Of a stretch of 64,000 bases of DNA, positions 36,521-51,614 are shown in pieces. The number at the start of each line of letters is the position of its first letter. The stretch's first letter is position 1. The stretch comes from Haliotis rubra (taxonomy: Eukaryota). The stretch lies in contig NW_025767677.1 of assembly GCF_003918875.1 (NCBI RefSeq), forward strand, positions 124,001 to 188,000, written 5' to 3'. The notes beneath the pieces are model-generated. The model was given only the letters and a program-made list of their open reading frames with translations. It was not told where the DNA came from and did not search any database. Position numbers and translations under genes: made by a program.

Positions 36521-38061
36521 GATTCCCATGTTGACCAAGATTCTCAATGAACCCACTCCCATGGGATTCCGGGTAAGAATAGGTCCCAGATACCTCAGCT
36601 TGTTGAACAACTGACTCAATCACTTGGTAGCTCATTGGAACTATAGCTTGATTGTATTGTACAGGATTGATTATTTACAAGCTTTTGTCATATAGTTTGA
36701 ATATTGCTGAGGGCGGCATTAAACAACAAGCAAACACACACACTCACTGACACCTGTATGAACGATGGAACTGTGGTAGCGCTGAGCAGGGCTAAAAGTA
36801 CCTTTCCATCTATTCACTGAATTTAGTTGTGTAAGTCTTTCCATACTCAAAATGTCCGTCACAAGTGGGTATGCCACAAGTACTAGCAAGTACCACTTGT
36901 ACATAACCCTGCTTGAAATTTGTGCTGACCCAGCACATTGACACAGCATGCATCAGTACTAAAACAGTATGGTTGTGGTATTCATCTGCCAGTTACAAAA
37001 CCTCATTTCTTCTTTAAAGTAACTGCCAATTATAAATACTTCATATTTCTTTCAAAATAACAACACAAAAAGCTACACACAGTTTTTCAACAACAGTTAC
37101 CCAAGAGCAGATTATTCACTTCTGCAGCCCAACAGTTAAAACATACTGTTAAAATTGTGTATGAAGTTCGACACGGATTGACCCAGAATACATCAGTGAG
37201 AAACACGGACAAACAAGCATGCTGAATGGACAGAAAACAAGTTCACCTATCAGTGTGTTTTCCATGGGTGTATTTGCCCACCCCAAATATCCTCTCCCTT
37301 GGGCGTCCTCGATACTGTTGATCATTATTAAATACGCTAGTTGGCTTTTCAAATGCAGTTGTGTCGCTTGGAGGTGGGGTTTCATCTTCAGTTCTGGAAA
37401 ACATAATACATTTATTCAAGCTGGTTCATAACAACGCGGAAATTGAAGGCATGCTGTTAATATGAAAATTTCATGCACATGTTTTAGTACACCATATGGG
37501 ACATTGCATTATGTCATTGCATATCCCTTATGCATATTCATATGCCTTATTCCAGTTACTCTGCATACACCAACATTAAATCCTAGTTCTATGTACAGCT
37601 ATTCATGGGTGTGCCATGATCTGTCACTAAATGACTTTTTCTCATTATCAGTATGATTACAATGGCTTGTGTTAAACACTGGATTGGAAAATGTATATAT
37701 GGGTCGATCGTCAGTATCTTTAACATCAAAGCAATGCAAAAGCACAGCCTGTGGGTCTTTCAATGTGTAATGATGTTTTCATGAAAAAGGGGGAAACCAT
37801 CAATTAAACTCGGATTGCGTAAGAAGCAGTCATGCAAAATCAACAATAGTCAGAACACAATGGCATCTTTCTTGATTATTTGAAGGGATGGAAGTGTAAG
37901 CTGGGCCCTGCAACTGTCTAACAATAGGTTATATTGTGTTTACTCGCGGCATCATGGAAAAGGCTGAACAACAATTGTACGTGTGCACCTGAAACAGCAA
38001 TCTGGGCAGTCCCAGTGGCTAAAATTCAAGAGTTCTCCCGACTTGATATTGCTGGTATTTT

Positions 38062-38990
38062 AACACCAGGGTCATCAATTTCTCTTACTATAATACCAGG
38101 GTCATCAGTTCCACTGACTATAATACCAGGGTCATCGTTCTACTGATTTAAGTACCAGGGTCATCAGTTCCACTGACTATAATACCAGGGTCATCAGTTC
38201 TACTGACTATAATAGCAGGGTCATCGTTCTACTGACTATAATACCAGGGCCATCAGTTCTACTGACTATAATACCAGGGTCATCGTTCTACTGACTATAA
38301 TACCAGGGCCATCAGTTCTACTGACTATAATACCAGGGTCATCAGTTCCACTGACTATAATACCAGGGCCATCAGTTCTACTGACTATAATACCAGGGCC
38401 ATCAGTTCTACTGACTATAATACCAGGGTCATCAGTTTCACTTACTATAATACCAGGGCCATCAGTTCCACTTACTATAATACCAGGGCCATCAGTTCCA
38501 CTTACTATAACACCAGGGTCACCAGTTCTACTGACTATAATACCAGGGCCATCAGTTCTACTGACTATAATACCAGGGCCATCAGTTCTACTGACTATAA
38601 TACCAGGGCCATCAGTTCCACTGACTATAATACCAGGGCCATCAGTTCCACTTACTATAATACCAGGGCCATCAGTTCTACTGACTATAATACCAGGGTC
38701 ATCAGTTCCACTGACTATAATAGCAGGGCCATCAGTTCCACTTACTATAATACCAGGGTCATCAGTTCCACTGACTATAATACAAGGGCCATCAGTTCCA
38801 CTTACTATAATACAAGGGTCATCAGTTCCACTGACTATAATAATACCAGGGCCATCACTTCCACTGACTATAATACCAGGGCCATCAGTTCCACTTACTA
38901 TAATACCACTGTCATCAGATAAACTGATTAAAGTATTCGGGTCATCAGTTCCACTTACTATAACACCAAGGTCATCAGTTCCACTGACAA
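38062..38990. repeat. 30-bp minisatellite (about 30 units)
   Basis: Unit ataccagggccatcagttctactgactata, with a few 29- and 33-bp variants. Confidence 0.97.
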
Positions 38991-41900
38991 GGGCTATTTT
39001 GGTTGAAAATGTCACAGAAAATGATGCATCTGAAACCCTGCAGTGTGACAGAGCTTGATTGTAGACCCAGCTCTCGGAATAAGCTCTACAGAGACCATAA
39101 TACATGTACCTGGAAACTCTAGTCTGCACTGTACTACCTCCATCACACGTTCTACCAACCATACAACCGGGGTAATCAGTTCCATACACTTCAGTACCTT
39201 TGCACCAGGTTCCACTGACAGCAGTACCTTTGAACTTGAGAACTGAATAAATGTAACCTAGGGATTTCATCAATATATCCTGTATTGAAAAAATTCATCA
39301 ATACTGCTTTCTACCCACTGCAAGACATTCAATGTATGGATTTGTGACACGTCTGTGCACTGCTTGATATTTACAGAAACTAATAGATCCTTCTTATCTA
39401 TAGATGGCCGATACAACATAAACAGGCTGTGAGAAAATTATAATGAGGTATGAACTCTTAATACCCAGAGTGAAGCTTAGGATTGTTTTTATAAAATGTC
39501 ATTTGTTCTGGAAATAACTTCAAAAATAATTTTACACATGCACAAAGCTGATAACATTTGGTTCCTCCTAGAATCATACTATTTCCCTTTCTGCTTGGCC
39601 AGTACTGGAATAGCATAGCTCCAAATGAAGCAAGTTTTTACAGTTTACAGATTCAGGTTCTGAAACTCTCATCAAACGGAGATTCCTTCTCAATGTTACT
39701 TATTTCTTTCAAAGTTATATATGTTCAGAGATTAGGCATAAACATCACTTTGACTTTATGATCCCTAACAAAATCTATTGAATCTAATGCCATAAATGTC
39801 ATATCTGTACCTCTAACCCAAATCTTCTGGTCGTAAAATCATTAACAACTGTAACATAAACAGGCAAAGCTTTCACCACTTAAATGTTTGAACAACAACT
39901 TCACTAGATGTCCATCATTCAAACCCTATCTGATAAATCTTTAGACATTTAACAAGCTGTTTCCACACCAGAACCGGTCTAGCAATGGTCTTGACATTTC
40001 TCTTGTCCAAAAACCCCCATGTACTAAAGTGTACTTTCATAGCAGCAGGACCAGAAGCCTTTTTACTGGGCCATAATCAATCCTGGTGGTGTGATCCTGG
40101 TGTCTGTGCCCCTCCCCCCTTCCCCTGGGGTAGGATAAAGGTGGGCAAGTGATGGGGGTCTCCCTGATGACCAGGATTTACACAAGGGATTTAGCACAAG
40201 GGTCACAGTGTGAATAATGGGAATTCTTCTCCATAGGGGATCTAATAAAGGGCTGTGATATCAACAGCAGACTGAACACAAGGTCCACTGGGTGGTATCA
40301 GTGCTGAATGCATCAAAAGGTTTGGTGATCAATTGCATTGCCTTGGTGAAGTATCGGAGCAGAAGCAATGCCGACGTCACTGGGCACATAATATGCGCTG
40401 GATCTGAAGTCGTGATCAAAGCTTCACTATGGATTTACTCTTCAGTTTGGCTGCAGAACTGACATTTTTGAGTCAGCCAAAATAGCAACTTTAATCAAGA
40501 TGGTTCAGTCATTATTCTGCCATTGGGGGAAATCAAGGGAGCATCACACACCAGGGAGCTTACACAACCACAGTCATTAATCTTTGGAAAGTATTTCGGG
40601 AAAACATGAAGGCAATGACTCTTCTCTCTGGACAGGAATAGTCTGATACTACGCTGAACAGTTCCTAGACTCACCTATTAGCACCTATTAGGAGGAACAA
40701 TATTTTTGTGCTATTCTCAACTGAACTATTCTCAAATGTTGCAGGTCACAAAGGATAGCAAGACACATGATGTTGCAGATGGGTTTAGCATCCTAATCCA
40801 ACAGAAATGCAGAACAGATCTCCATCTCAGAGCTTGATCAATTTGAGATCGATTAGAGGAATAATCAGTTCTACACCATATTTGACTTCAGACAGCAGTT
40901 TATGATACAAGTTTCACAATACCAGATGAGCAGACCTATATATTCCACTTAATTAGATGACACAACTGACAATGTGTGTATGCATGTGTTGTACTTGTAA
41001 TAAATTTTGCTCCAAAATGTAAACTCCATCGTATATACAATTTATACATTGCAAATGCACTAACAGTAACAATTCAATTCAAAGGGACAGAGAATCTTCA
41101 TAAATCAAGGCATTGCTCTACATAAGTCTCCAGTAATGAACTTCCATTAGCTGGACATGGCAATTTCTCATGGTGTCAAGATGACGTGATTAATGAATTT
41201 CTGACAAGTTGAAAACAGGCCAGGTGCTGACCCTTTCTCAAAATGGTTGCCTCTGGAGGGTGACACTATTCCTGAAACAACATTACTACAACCTGGAGAA
41301 GACTAAAGCTTTAACCAGTCTTATGTGATGTGCTGTTATTTCAACTGACAACACCATAAGCAAACATCATTTCAATCCAACATTTACCTAAGCAAGGTTC
41401 ATACCAGTTAGTTGAGTCTGGACAAAAGTGCAGAAAACAGAGCACACATTAATTCACTAAAATTATAATCCTTCTACTAACAACAAATACACTTTCTCCA
41501 TTTATTCCTTTTCCTCCCAAAGAGGCCCTTCTAAGCACGTATCCATATCAGACATGTTTCCAAAGTAAACTCAGTTTGATTATCATCCCTGAAAGCAATT
41601 CTTCCAAATTAAAGCCAACAGCTACTTCAAATTGTCATCAACCATCTTGATTTAAACATTTCATAAGCAAATTTCTCATCCACACCTTCCCTCAGTATCC
41701 AAACATGAATAGTGAAAAGATCCATTAGCCTGTCTGCTTGTCTCATTGTGATCCTAACAGCCAGCAGATGTGGACTGAATCATTACATCATAAGTGTTTC
41801 ACTAAGTTACCTCATCAGACAGCAGCCAGCCTTGGGGCAAGGGACTGCAGGGCTTGCTGACCAAAGGTCAAGGCCATGTAAGGAGGAATTACAGCTCTTC

Positions 41901-43334
41901 AGTGGAGTTATTACCCTTCAGAAGTGCTATGAACAGATATCGTCCAGTTGGGGAGTACTGACCAGACAGCAGATACAGATCAAGTGTGCCCCTGGGAAGG
42001 ATTGTTATTACACACCAAATGCTTAATCCGCTGACTACATCTATGTATTTCAGGGTCAAGCAGACCCACAGGCTGGGATTATTCATTGTCTCAAGTGGAA
42101 GAACGCAGCAATTTAGCTGCATATTGATGCACATATCAGACATTGAAACCGGCTCTGGCTATTTCAGGGTCGAGGGCACCCAAACTCCAGATGTTTCATC
42201 TGTGTCTTGAATGGTCATCTGCATCACTCACTTTACACAATTCTGTCCAGATCATATTTCAGTCAATGCACCTTTAATATTTATGGCCAATTTAGGCAAG
42301 GCCTTGATGTTATCATGAACCCTGAACAGCCTCCTTCCACCCAATGGCTGCAGAGGCCAGGTGTCTGTGGCAGCCAGCAGAACCAGTTTAACCTCATTGG
42401 TCAGGTACAATGGGCAATTGCTCCCAGATGGTCTCTGCAGGAGTATTTGATGAAGCCCCTACAATTGTCTAAGCCTGCTGGAATGAGAAGCATGCTTTAG
42501 TTATTCTAGGTTGTTAAATGGCATGCCAAGTTGTGTGTCTGGCAAAGGCTTCCTCATTCATTATTTGTAACCTTCTGTGCAGTTTGATCTGACCATCACG
42601 CAACATCTATTCCAATTCCACTAACATTTGTTCCAGAGATTATTAAAAAGAAGGCAAAACCCTCAAGGATCCATTAAGCTGAAAGCCCTGGCTTCAGAGT
42701 ATTTTTACTTTAATGCTTGAAATTATATTCTCCATCTGGAACACCAATTAGCATTCTGAAAAGTCAACATAATGACATACAAGACAAAGGACCTTCTGCA
42801 GTATCTACATACAACCATCCACACATTCATCCAATGAGGCAATCTACACTGAGCCAACTTAAGCACAGTAAACATAAGCATTTCAACTCCCAGACTGGAT
42901 GTAAATATTCTCCCAACTTTTGTGAGCATTGGTTCTCATTATCTTCCATGGCATATTGACAATGCTGTTTGGCAGCTGATTCAGTTCCTACAACCAGAAT
43001 AACCATTACAGTGATTGAAATTTACAATCTTTACTCATTCATGAATGATTGATACCGGGGATTATCCTGTCGGCTGAACAGCCATTTCCATTTTGTTTGC
43101 GACCTGCACCAATTTTACTGGCAGCTGGAGAAGAAAATATGTGTTAGGCACAGTTTTAGTCAGTTTGAATTAATTCCATGGAAAAATATTTCATGGAAGA
43201 AACGTTAGTGTTTAATGTTGTAAGTTTCAACAGCATGTCTCTGGGTGGTTTCTCATTATAGACATGATGATCAAAAACATTCAGGCTCTCCTCAGTCTGA
43301 TCTTACAGTAGAGAGAAAGAATTGATCCAAGGTA

Positions 43335-43348
43335 GTTGCCATGGCAAC
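43335..43348. promoter_or_regulatory. Perfect RFX X-box GTTGCCATGGCAAC
   Basis: Exact palindromic consensus; a near-consensus GTTGTCATGGAAAC lies at 43739-43752. Confidence 0.55.
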
Positions 43349-46266
43349 AGGCCATTAGAGTAATTGAGGATCAAACATACTGGAAGGTGGTTGTCAATAA
43401 TGTCTGACACTGCCCATGGGGTTGCTATCTGTATTCAGAGTGAAATGAGATTTTCGCCTCCAATAGCTGGGCTATTGACCCCAACAGTAGGACGGTGGGA
43501 TATTTGATTCTGTATTCTCTTTCAACTCACCTGTTACTTGATGGAATTTTATTATCATTGTTCATCATCTACATCCTGATCAGTAACTACGAAGTAGTAT
43601 TATGACAATTTATTTTCCTCCCAATGGGGAATTCCACTGAATATTAGATGAATATTGATTTGCCGAGAGAAACAACAGCATGTCCCATGTGACATAACGA
43701 CAATGTTTTCAGAACGAAGAAGAAATGTTAAAGTCACGGTTGTCATGGAAACACTGCATGTGACGTTTCTTCTTATGCAATTAAACCAATTTAGATGGCT
43801 CCTAGTCTCAGGAGTTGATGAGTTTTCAAAAACTAAAATCCATTGCTCCTCACATTACATGTCAGCAGTCCATTATTTTTTTCGATTCTGTTACATGAAA
43901 GTTATGTCCAGAGTTTGAACAGACCTTTCAATGCTGATCACTTTTCACTTCAATCATACTTGTTTCAAAAATTCTATCCTGTTTTCTTTGTGATGCCAAT
44001 TATTATCTGGGATCAAAACAGCATTGTACCATTTGTGTCAAGCAATCTTTCAGGATTTCCTATATAATGCTGGATGTCAAAACCAGCCACCACTCTTCAA
44101 TTATGAACAACTCACACTAACATTATTAGTGATCCAGAAAGGTCAGCCCTGTATTTTACCCTGTTCAAAATCTGCTGTGAACAAAGAGGTCTGCCACTCG
44201 GCCAGTTAAGTACAACAGTTGTGAAAGCCTCCTATCTCAGAAGCTCAGCGTCCACACCCCTTCAGCATTCCCTTTGTGCTCCCTGCTTTTGTCTTGTGAA
44301 AGGGCCTGTCAACCCTGGCCAGACTCCATTAATATTTGAACTGGGTAACTGAATACTGAACAAAACCTGGCGGCCATCTTATCCCCCCATTTCTACTGGT
44401 ATAGGCTGACAGCAGTAAATCTTGACAAACTGCTCAAACATTTGCCCATACTGCCCTCACTGATAATGTTGGTTGAACATTTTACATCAGAAATTACTCT
44501 CGAACACCAAGAACACTACAAGGCATACCCACTTAACTAAGCTAAGATTGAAAGACTAAAAATTAAACTGAGTAGAACAAGACTACCTACACCTTCGGAG
44601 GAGCATCTCCAAGATCATTGCTCAGTCCTTGGGGTAGACTAAGGCTTAGTCTCTGAATATATATAATTTCGATAGTAACAAACAAGCCCATTTATATTGA
44701 AAAGGAGCGCTAGGGAGACCAGAGATTCAGATCCTGAACCTGAGGATATCTAGACTTGCTTTATTTGGGGCTTTAGCACAGCAGAGAGGGCTTGGCAGTA
44801 GGGAAATTAATGTGGTTCAGGGACTGTGAGACAGACTATCCTTGGGGATACAGAACACAATTTGTTGTAGTAATATTCAGATGTAAGACACTCTATAATT
44901 CCCTTTCCTCTCAAAATAATTACTTTCAAAGCCTTACCATCACAGAAACTTAAGCTTCCTTTTCACAAATAATGAACCAGATGGCATAGAAATAATCTGC
45001 TATAATTCATACATATTACACAAAGATCACTAGATAATAAATAGGTCATTAAACATATTTGCACTAGTATATGTATTGTCATTCCGATTCATTATGTATC
45101 TTGTTATTTAGTTTATAGAATATTGTCAGTTTCAACAAGGAACATTTGCGCAATACATATCTTGTGCAATAATCAAAAATTGTTTTCCTACATTCCAGTT
45201 TGCTATTTTCATAGCAATAAGATTTGTGCTATTGGATAATCGTCATAAAATGGACAATAATGGTTTGAAATTCAAGAAGAGATTTCACAATGTCTTGCAT
45301 TGCGGCGAAAGTAAGTATCAGATATTGATCTGGCCGTAAAAATTATTTCTACCTCGAAACTTTCAATAACTTTCTCAGTAAACAATTAATGTCAACCTCT
45401 CACTGACGTCAGCTATCTTTCAGCCATGTACCTAATATGACAACACAACCCCTGTGTATCAGATTATCATATCGATAGGTGGCTTACTGTCATCACGATA
45501 ATCAATTAATCACGAGGCAAAGCATTAGATTGAAATTTAACTTCTTTTTTCAAGAAACTCTGGTTGTCTTTTTGTAAGATCCAAAACAATCACAGAAGGG
45601 GAAAAACTGAGCAAGCATCAGAGGTGATGACCCTCAAACTATCACTGATGCAGGCAGTAATCTAGGACATCTCAAGTCAACTTCAGGAATGTTCAGTGTA
45701 TCATTAGAAAATGACATTTTGAGGAGCGGGTGTTCTTTTGTCAAAATCTGAATATTGGTTTAGACAGAGGACACAGAACTGAGCATGACAGCGATCTTTG
45801 GGGTACCAATATCATCCCAAAGAAACAGAACTGCATGCTATAAATGTGCACAATCAAAACCAATGGCATTAAATTCTTCAGTTTTACTATCTGCAACCAG
45901 AATTGATAGAGCATGGAGAGTTCTATGGATATCAGAATTGAAACAGCTGATGTATGGAGTTTGATCTGTTAAACATGCTGTTTCCTCAGCTTTGTCTGCC
46001 TCCAAATCAGATAGCATTGAAGCCATTAGCCTGTGTAATATCATAACCTTGTACACATGGCAAATAGGTAATGAGATGACTGGACAAACCCCACATTTGC
46101 ATGATCATAAAGATACACTTCACTGCAAAACCATACACAACTCAATAGCAAAGGCATGATACAAAACAAGATACGATATGCAGTAAACATAACAAGCACA
46201 ACGCAAGTGAAGGGAACAAAAAGAACCAAATTGGTCAGTAGTATATTTCTGTCAGACAACAGTAAA

Positions 46267-46412
46267 TGAGTGAGTATGTTTTTACTACGCTTTTAGCAAT
46301 ATTCCAGCAATATCACAGTGGGGGGCACCAGAAATGGGCTTCACACATTGTACCCATGTTGGGAATCAAACCCAGGTCTTTGGTGTGATGAGCGAATGCT
46401 TTAACCACCACC
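46267..46412 (-). mobile_element. SINE family A
   Basis: Near full-length copy. Confidence 0.88.
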
Positions 46413-47158
46413 CTCTATGAGACAATAAAAACCAGACTTGTCAAAGACATCTTGTACATGCAAGTTGAAGTATATCACAATTGATATAAGAAACTGTTTA
46501 ACATGTCACCTGATATTTACTTGTAATATTCCGTATTGATATTTAACTAACTGACAGTGATAATAAAGTATTGGAAATTCAGTATGAAAAGCAAGGGATC
46601 TTTGTCAAAGAACTGATGACAAAATTTTATAGATTGGGTGCATAATAGAGTGAGTGTAGTGTATTGTGTTGTGTTGTGTTGTGTTGCATTGTGTTGCATG
46701 TGTGTTTCCCTCGACATAAATCCTGGAGGAGCCAAGGTCAAGGACCCACCTAATTTTTAACACAACGATGGATGTAAGATTCTTCACTGACTTTCTGTTG
46801 GGAGTATTACTTTCTTGAAAAAAGACAGCGAACAATTCAAAATCCTGCGATCATCTGAAGCAAGATCACAATGACACGCCACCAGTCACTGTCCTCTCCA
46901 AGCATCCCGAAACGAAATCGGGCCGATGTAACCAAATCAGGGTAAGGTCAAACTGACCTCGTCACAGATAATTGTTACCACTGGAGACAAGCTACTTGTG
47001 ACCTATGTAACACTTACCACCTTATGTTGACACAAAACCTGATTTGGCTTATTCCATTTGCCCTTCACATAATGAAAGTCAGTTCCATTTAAACCCTAAA
47101 TGTTTCATACACATCCATTAATCAAGATGAACAAATCACAACACATCTATTTTGAATT

Positions 47159-47306
47159 ATGAGTGAGTGACTGATTGAGTTTAGTTTTACACAGCTTTTA
47201 GCAATATCACAGAGAGGGACACCAGAAATGGGCTTCACACATTGTACTCTTTGTGGGGAATCGGAGCCGGGTCTTCTGCGTGACTAGTGAAAGCTTTAAC
47301 CACTAG
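47159..47306 (-). mobile_element. SINE family A
   Basis: Near full-length copy with an internal deletion. Confidence 0.86.
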
Positions 47307-50300
47307 GATCTGATCACATGTGCCATGATCACCATAACCGGTTTTATTTAATACGAAAACACAAAAAACTGGAAGCGTGAACTGAAAGTTACTGAAGCAA
47401 TCACTTCAATCTTAAAATTCCACAGCATATCTTTTGACATTAAACAGGTTTCCATGACGAACTCTCAAGAGCTGATTTTATTTCTATCTCATTGCAAGCT
47501 GCAAGCGGCTGTTGGCCTGTGATATCTCAATATCCTGGGGACAAGCAGAACATTCTTCACTTGTGAGCAACTACCTCAAGTTGCCCTTATCAGATACAGC
47601 ATATCTGAAAAGCTGGTTTCTTCAGTTGGCAACTGCTTCAACAACCTCTTTCAAATATGCTCCAACAGATTCCCTCCCTGCTGCCTATTTTTTAGTTCAA
47701 ACTTACAGGCAGAGAGCCCACTTGTAGAACCTGTGGATAGGTTCAGATATCCAATGGAAGGTCACGCTCAGGCAAGTACACTGAGAGATGCTATGTGAAG
47801 CTTCCTGGTTCCCAGTTCAACACTGATGTCTTGCTTTTTAACAGAAGTTTGACAATTTCAAATGTTTCTCAAACTGGTAGTAAACATTGCTTATGGGAAA
47901 ATGTAAATATGTTATTGCCAATATGATTGAGACTGCTTCCAGCTTGTTATTTGTTCTCTTGGTGGTAAATCACACCTTTGGAGAGACTTAGTGTTCATGA
48001 TGTAATGTTATTCAAATTCCAGCAAATTTTAACAATAGTTATGAAACATTTCAGGCAGCACATTATTCATGATCAACATAAACACAGAAATTCTCCAGTG
48101 ATCTACTTTATAATATTTCTATATCACAGAGCTTTCCCAAATCCAAACCATGCTTGACACTGTCAGTGATAAACCCTTTTGAAAAGTCGTCAGATGTCTC
48201 CCTGACATATTCATATTTTCACAAACATAGCAATGACGTTTCCTCAGCAATAGCAATGATTGACTTGATATCAACAAAATACAACATTCCGAAAATGTCT
48301 ACAGAATAAATATTCCCACTTTTACATAAGCATAACAAACAAATATATTATATCATATCACTGAAGTTGTGTTTCCCTCACACAAAAATAAACAAGTTTG
48401 AAAGGACACTCCACTGATTAATGATGCAGAACATGTCTGGGTTACCTAAAAGGAGACATTCATATGCCTTGCAGCCACAGAGGTCACATTTTAACTCCAT
48501 AATGATCGAAAATAGCCTATTTGTTCATACAAAACTAAACAAAGGTGAGCTGGCTCCTATCCAACATTTTGAGCAAAAACAGGCCACCTTTCCTTCTAAA
48601 TATATCCTATTCACTGGCAGACGTAAACCCAGATAGACACTGGGCAAGCAGCATTACAATAGCCCATGATTGTAGATACAGTCAAGGCTTCCACCAATCA
48701 AATCGCTGGATAGAAGGGCTGGCCCACAACACCTGTGACAGTTAATAGAAATGCTCAGGTATCTGGTATGTGAATGTTACACGTTTCCAACTGCTGACAT
48801 GGCAGGGGCAGATAGCTTCAGCTCTCTCCTCGGTCGACTGTGTACAATCTGGTGCTGAGTTACACCAGGTAAAGTTGCCTTGAATAAACAACATGTGGAC
48901 GTGAAAGGCAATTTTTCTTCACTCATACTGTGAGAATGTGGAAATTTTGGTTCCATAATCTGTTTTCCATCATTTTCCTTCCCTAACTTCAGTGCTGAAA
49001 GTCATCTACTTCATATACGTATTTTCCATGATCAACAAAAAGGACAGGTATTGCAGCAATCCTCTTTCACATTTATGTTATTTTGAAAACACATACTCAT
49101 CCTGAAAAACAAGTATTAGTGGTATAAAGAAATGAAAGCATTAATCGTTCAACAAAAACTTCAAAAGCCTTACTGAGTCTACTTTAGAATGCTGAAGCGA
49201 TTACACAGGGGATGTGAAGGCAAATGAATATGTAGGGACTCTGTATTCATGTCCTGTTTATCCACATCTGCCTCACCTTCACACGCACAACTGTTATACC
49301 ATTGCATCCTGTTTTCCTGATGACAAACTGACAAGGAAGCAGATGCCAGGGCGATATGTAGAGGCCATTTCCTGCAGACAGCCTTGAAGCTCAGCCTGCT
49401 GAGTTGTCACAGCAGATGGCAAGAGGTTTTATTTGTTTGGCAATGTTAAATTACTGACTGACCATGATGAGATTAAATTTACACAGAGCTAAATTCACTA
49501 ACACTTAAATAATGATGTTTGCCATCATATTTTTTTTACTCCAACTTTGTTTTTAAACCCCAGGAAACAGCATTTCTGATGGAAATAGAAACTAATAAAA
49601 GTGCCGGTATTGTAGTTAGAAATAGATTCTGTGATTTGATAAGCTAACACACACATATATATCACCTCCCAGTTGTTATTAGGAACCCTGGGCACATGTT
49701 TATTCAAACTATGTTGTCTGTTACTGTAACAATGCAAGTAACAGAGTAGAGCTGCAGCTGTGCTCAGTAAGCATCCACAGAATCATATTCATTCTCACAA
49801 AATGTCATTGGAAAAATACTCCTTCCTTTCATTCCCATGACATGGACAACATGACATTTGAACTCTATTATCCAAACTTAATTTCCTTTTGTTCCATCCA
49901 GTCTTTTTTCTTTGTCTACACATTCAGTTGCGTTAAGCCCCTCCTCTAAGGATGTGCTGAGGCCAAGCTAGACTCTTGAAGATCCTCATGATGGAACATA
50001 CAAAAGTCAAGATGGCAAGTGGACGATGTGAGCGCCATCTAAGGCCGGCTGTACATGCTGCAGAACTTTGTTTGGTCAGACAACAAAGTCCAGGAGAGAG
50101 ACGAGCAGTTGCAGCTGCCGACTTTGATGATGTTCTGTCTTTGTCAGACTGGAGGAGCTTCTATATCCGACTGTCTAGGTTTAGAGATCCTTCAGGATAT
50201 AAATGACACTCCTACGCATCTAACAGTGACTGTTTGACGAACTTTGAGCAGCAGGCCTTTGAAACAGATAAGTACCATGTCTAATTAGGTCAATCTTCAA

Positions 50301-51596
50301 AGTATGTAGGCTCTAATTTTCACATCCAATCCAACACCAAGACTGTCATATTTATTTGAAGACAATGACCAGTACCCGTCAGTCACATGAGTATCTACAA
50401 AATTCTCACAGCCATCACTATATTTCACAAACATATCTGCAACAAGAGAAAAAACCAACAAGACAACATTCAGAAAAGTATGTTGACAATAATGTCATCA
50501 ACATTTTCTTTGCAAATTACAATTCTGGATCTGACATGTCAGGCACAAACTCTTTCATCTGTCATCCATGATTGTCCTGTTTATTCAAGACAAAAAAGAA
50601 TCAATAAGAGCAACCAAACACCGAATCCAACACAAAGGGCGACCAGACAAGGTGCAGGGGAAAGCACACAGACTCAACCATGTTGTTTTTTTCCCTCCAA
50701 GTTGAATGACATCTGCTCTACCCACCAGACTGTATGACCTTATGAGTCATCCAGCTGACAGCAAATTTTGCATGTTAGACAAATCCCAGTCATTGTTATT
50801 TCTGATCTTTAACAATGTTTAATGTAACACCCGTCTGGTATCGTCTGTGAAGGACAAATGACAACAGCAACCTTTAAACCAAAGAGATGACTGTGTACTG
50901 CACGGACAGGTTTACCCAATTTTCAACTCATTATAGTGTAATTTTTAACTTAATGTTCACAACAAATCTTTCATTCCCCACTGCATGAAAGTCAGCAATT
51001 GTAACATCTCTGCCAGTCTTTCTAAGCTCAACCCAGTATCTGGAAAAACAGAATAGGCTGCGAGTCATGTTTCAGCCTGTACATGGTTACCCTAGCACAG
51101 AGAAATGTACTCTTGCTTATGCAGTGAAATTGACTTTTTGAAAGAATGTCCAGATCACCAGAAAAAATCCAGACCTCTTCCATTTCCCTGCAAATTAAAT
51201 CCACTGGAGCAGATTCCAAATCGAAAAGGGATGATATTGGTAAATCTGAACATGGTCCAAAATCTAAGCCATATAAAATGGAGGCTATTGCATCAGTTGC
51301 CGGTTCTCCAGGCCAGCAAATCATCAACAGCTACCTTCATCCAACCAATAAGCACAAGAACAGGCAAAAAGATGGCAGGCAAACTTGATAAAGTAGAAGC
51401 CAGGCCTCACTGGGGGCCATTCACTGCATCGCCTGATCAATCTGCTCGCTCTATTTTCGTTTGATGTTAGTACTGCCCACACACTTTGGAAGTTTCCTTG
51501 GCTTCTAATCGAAGAATAAAAAACTCGCAAATTAGATTTATTCCCTGTAGAACCTAGTCAGTGAAAGAAAATCAATTATTAATCCTGCTCCCAGAG

Positions 51597-51614
51597 TGGT
51601 TGCCATGGCAACCA
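51597..51614. promoter_or_regulatory. Perfect RFX X-box inside an 18-bp palindrome
   Basis: TGGTTGCCATGGCAACCA. Confidence 0.55.

Noticed and set aside
38062-38990. Possible CRISPR-like array
   Set aside because: Head-to-tail units with no unique spacers, in a eukaryotic intron.
46660-46700. (GTGTT)n pentanucleotide run
   Set aside because: Ordinary microsatellite.
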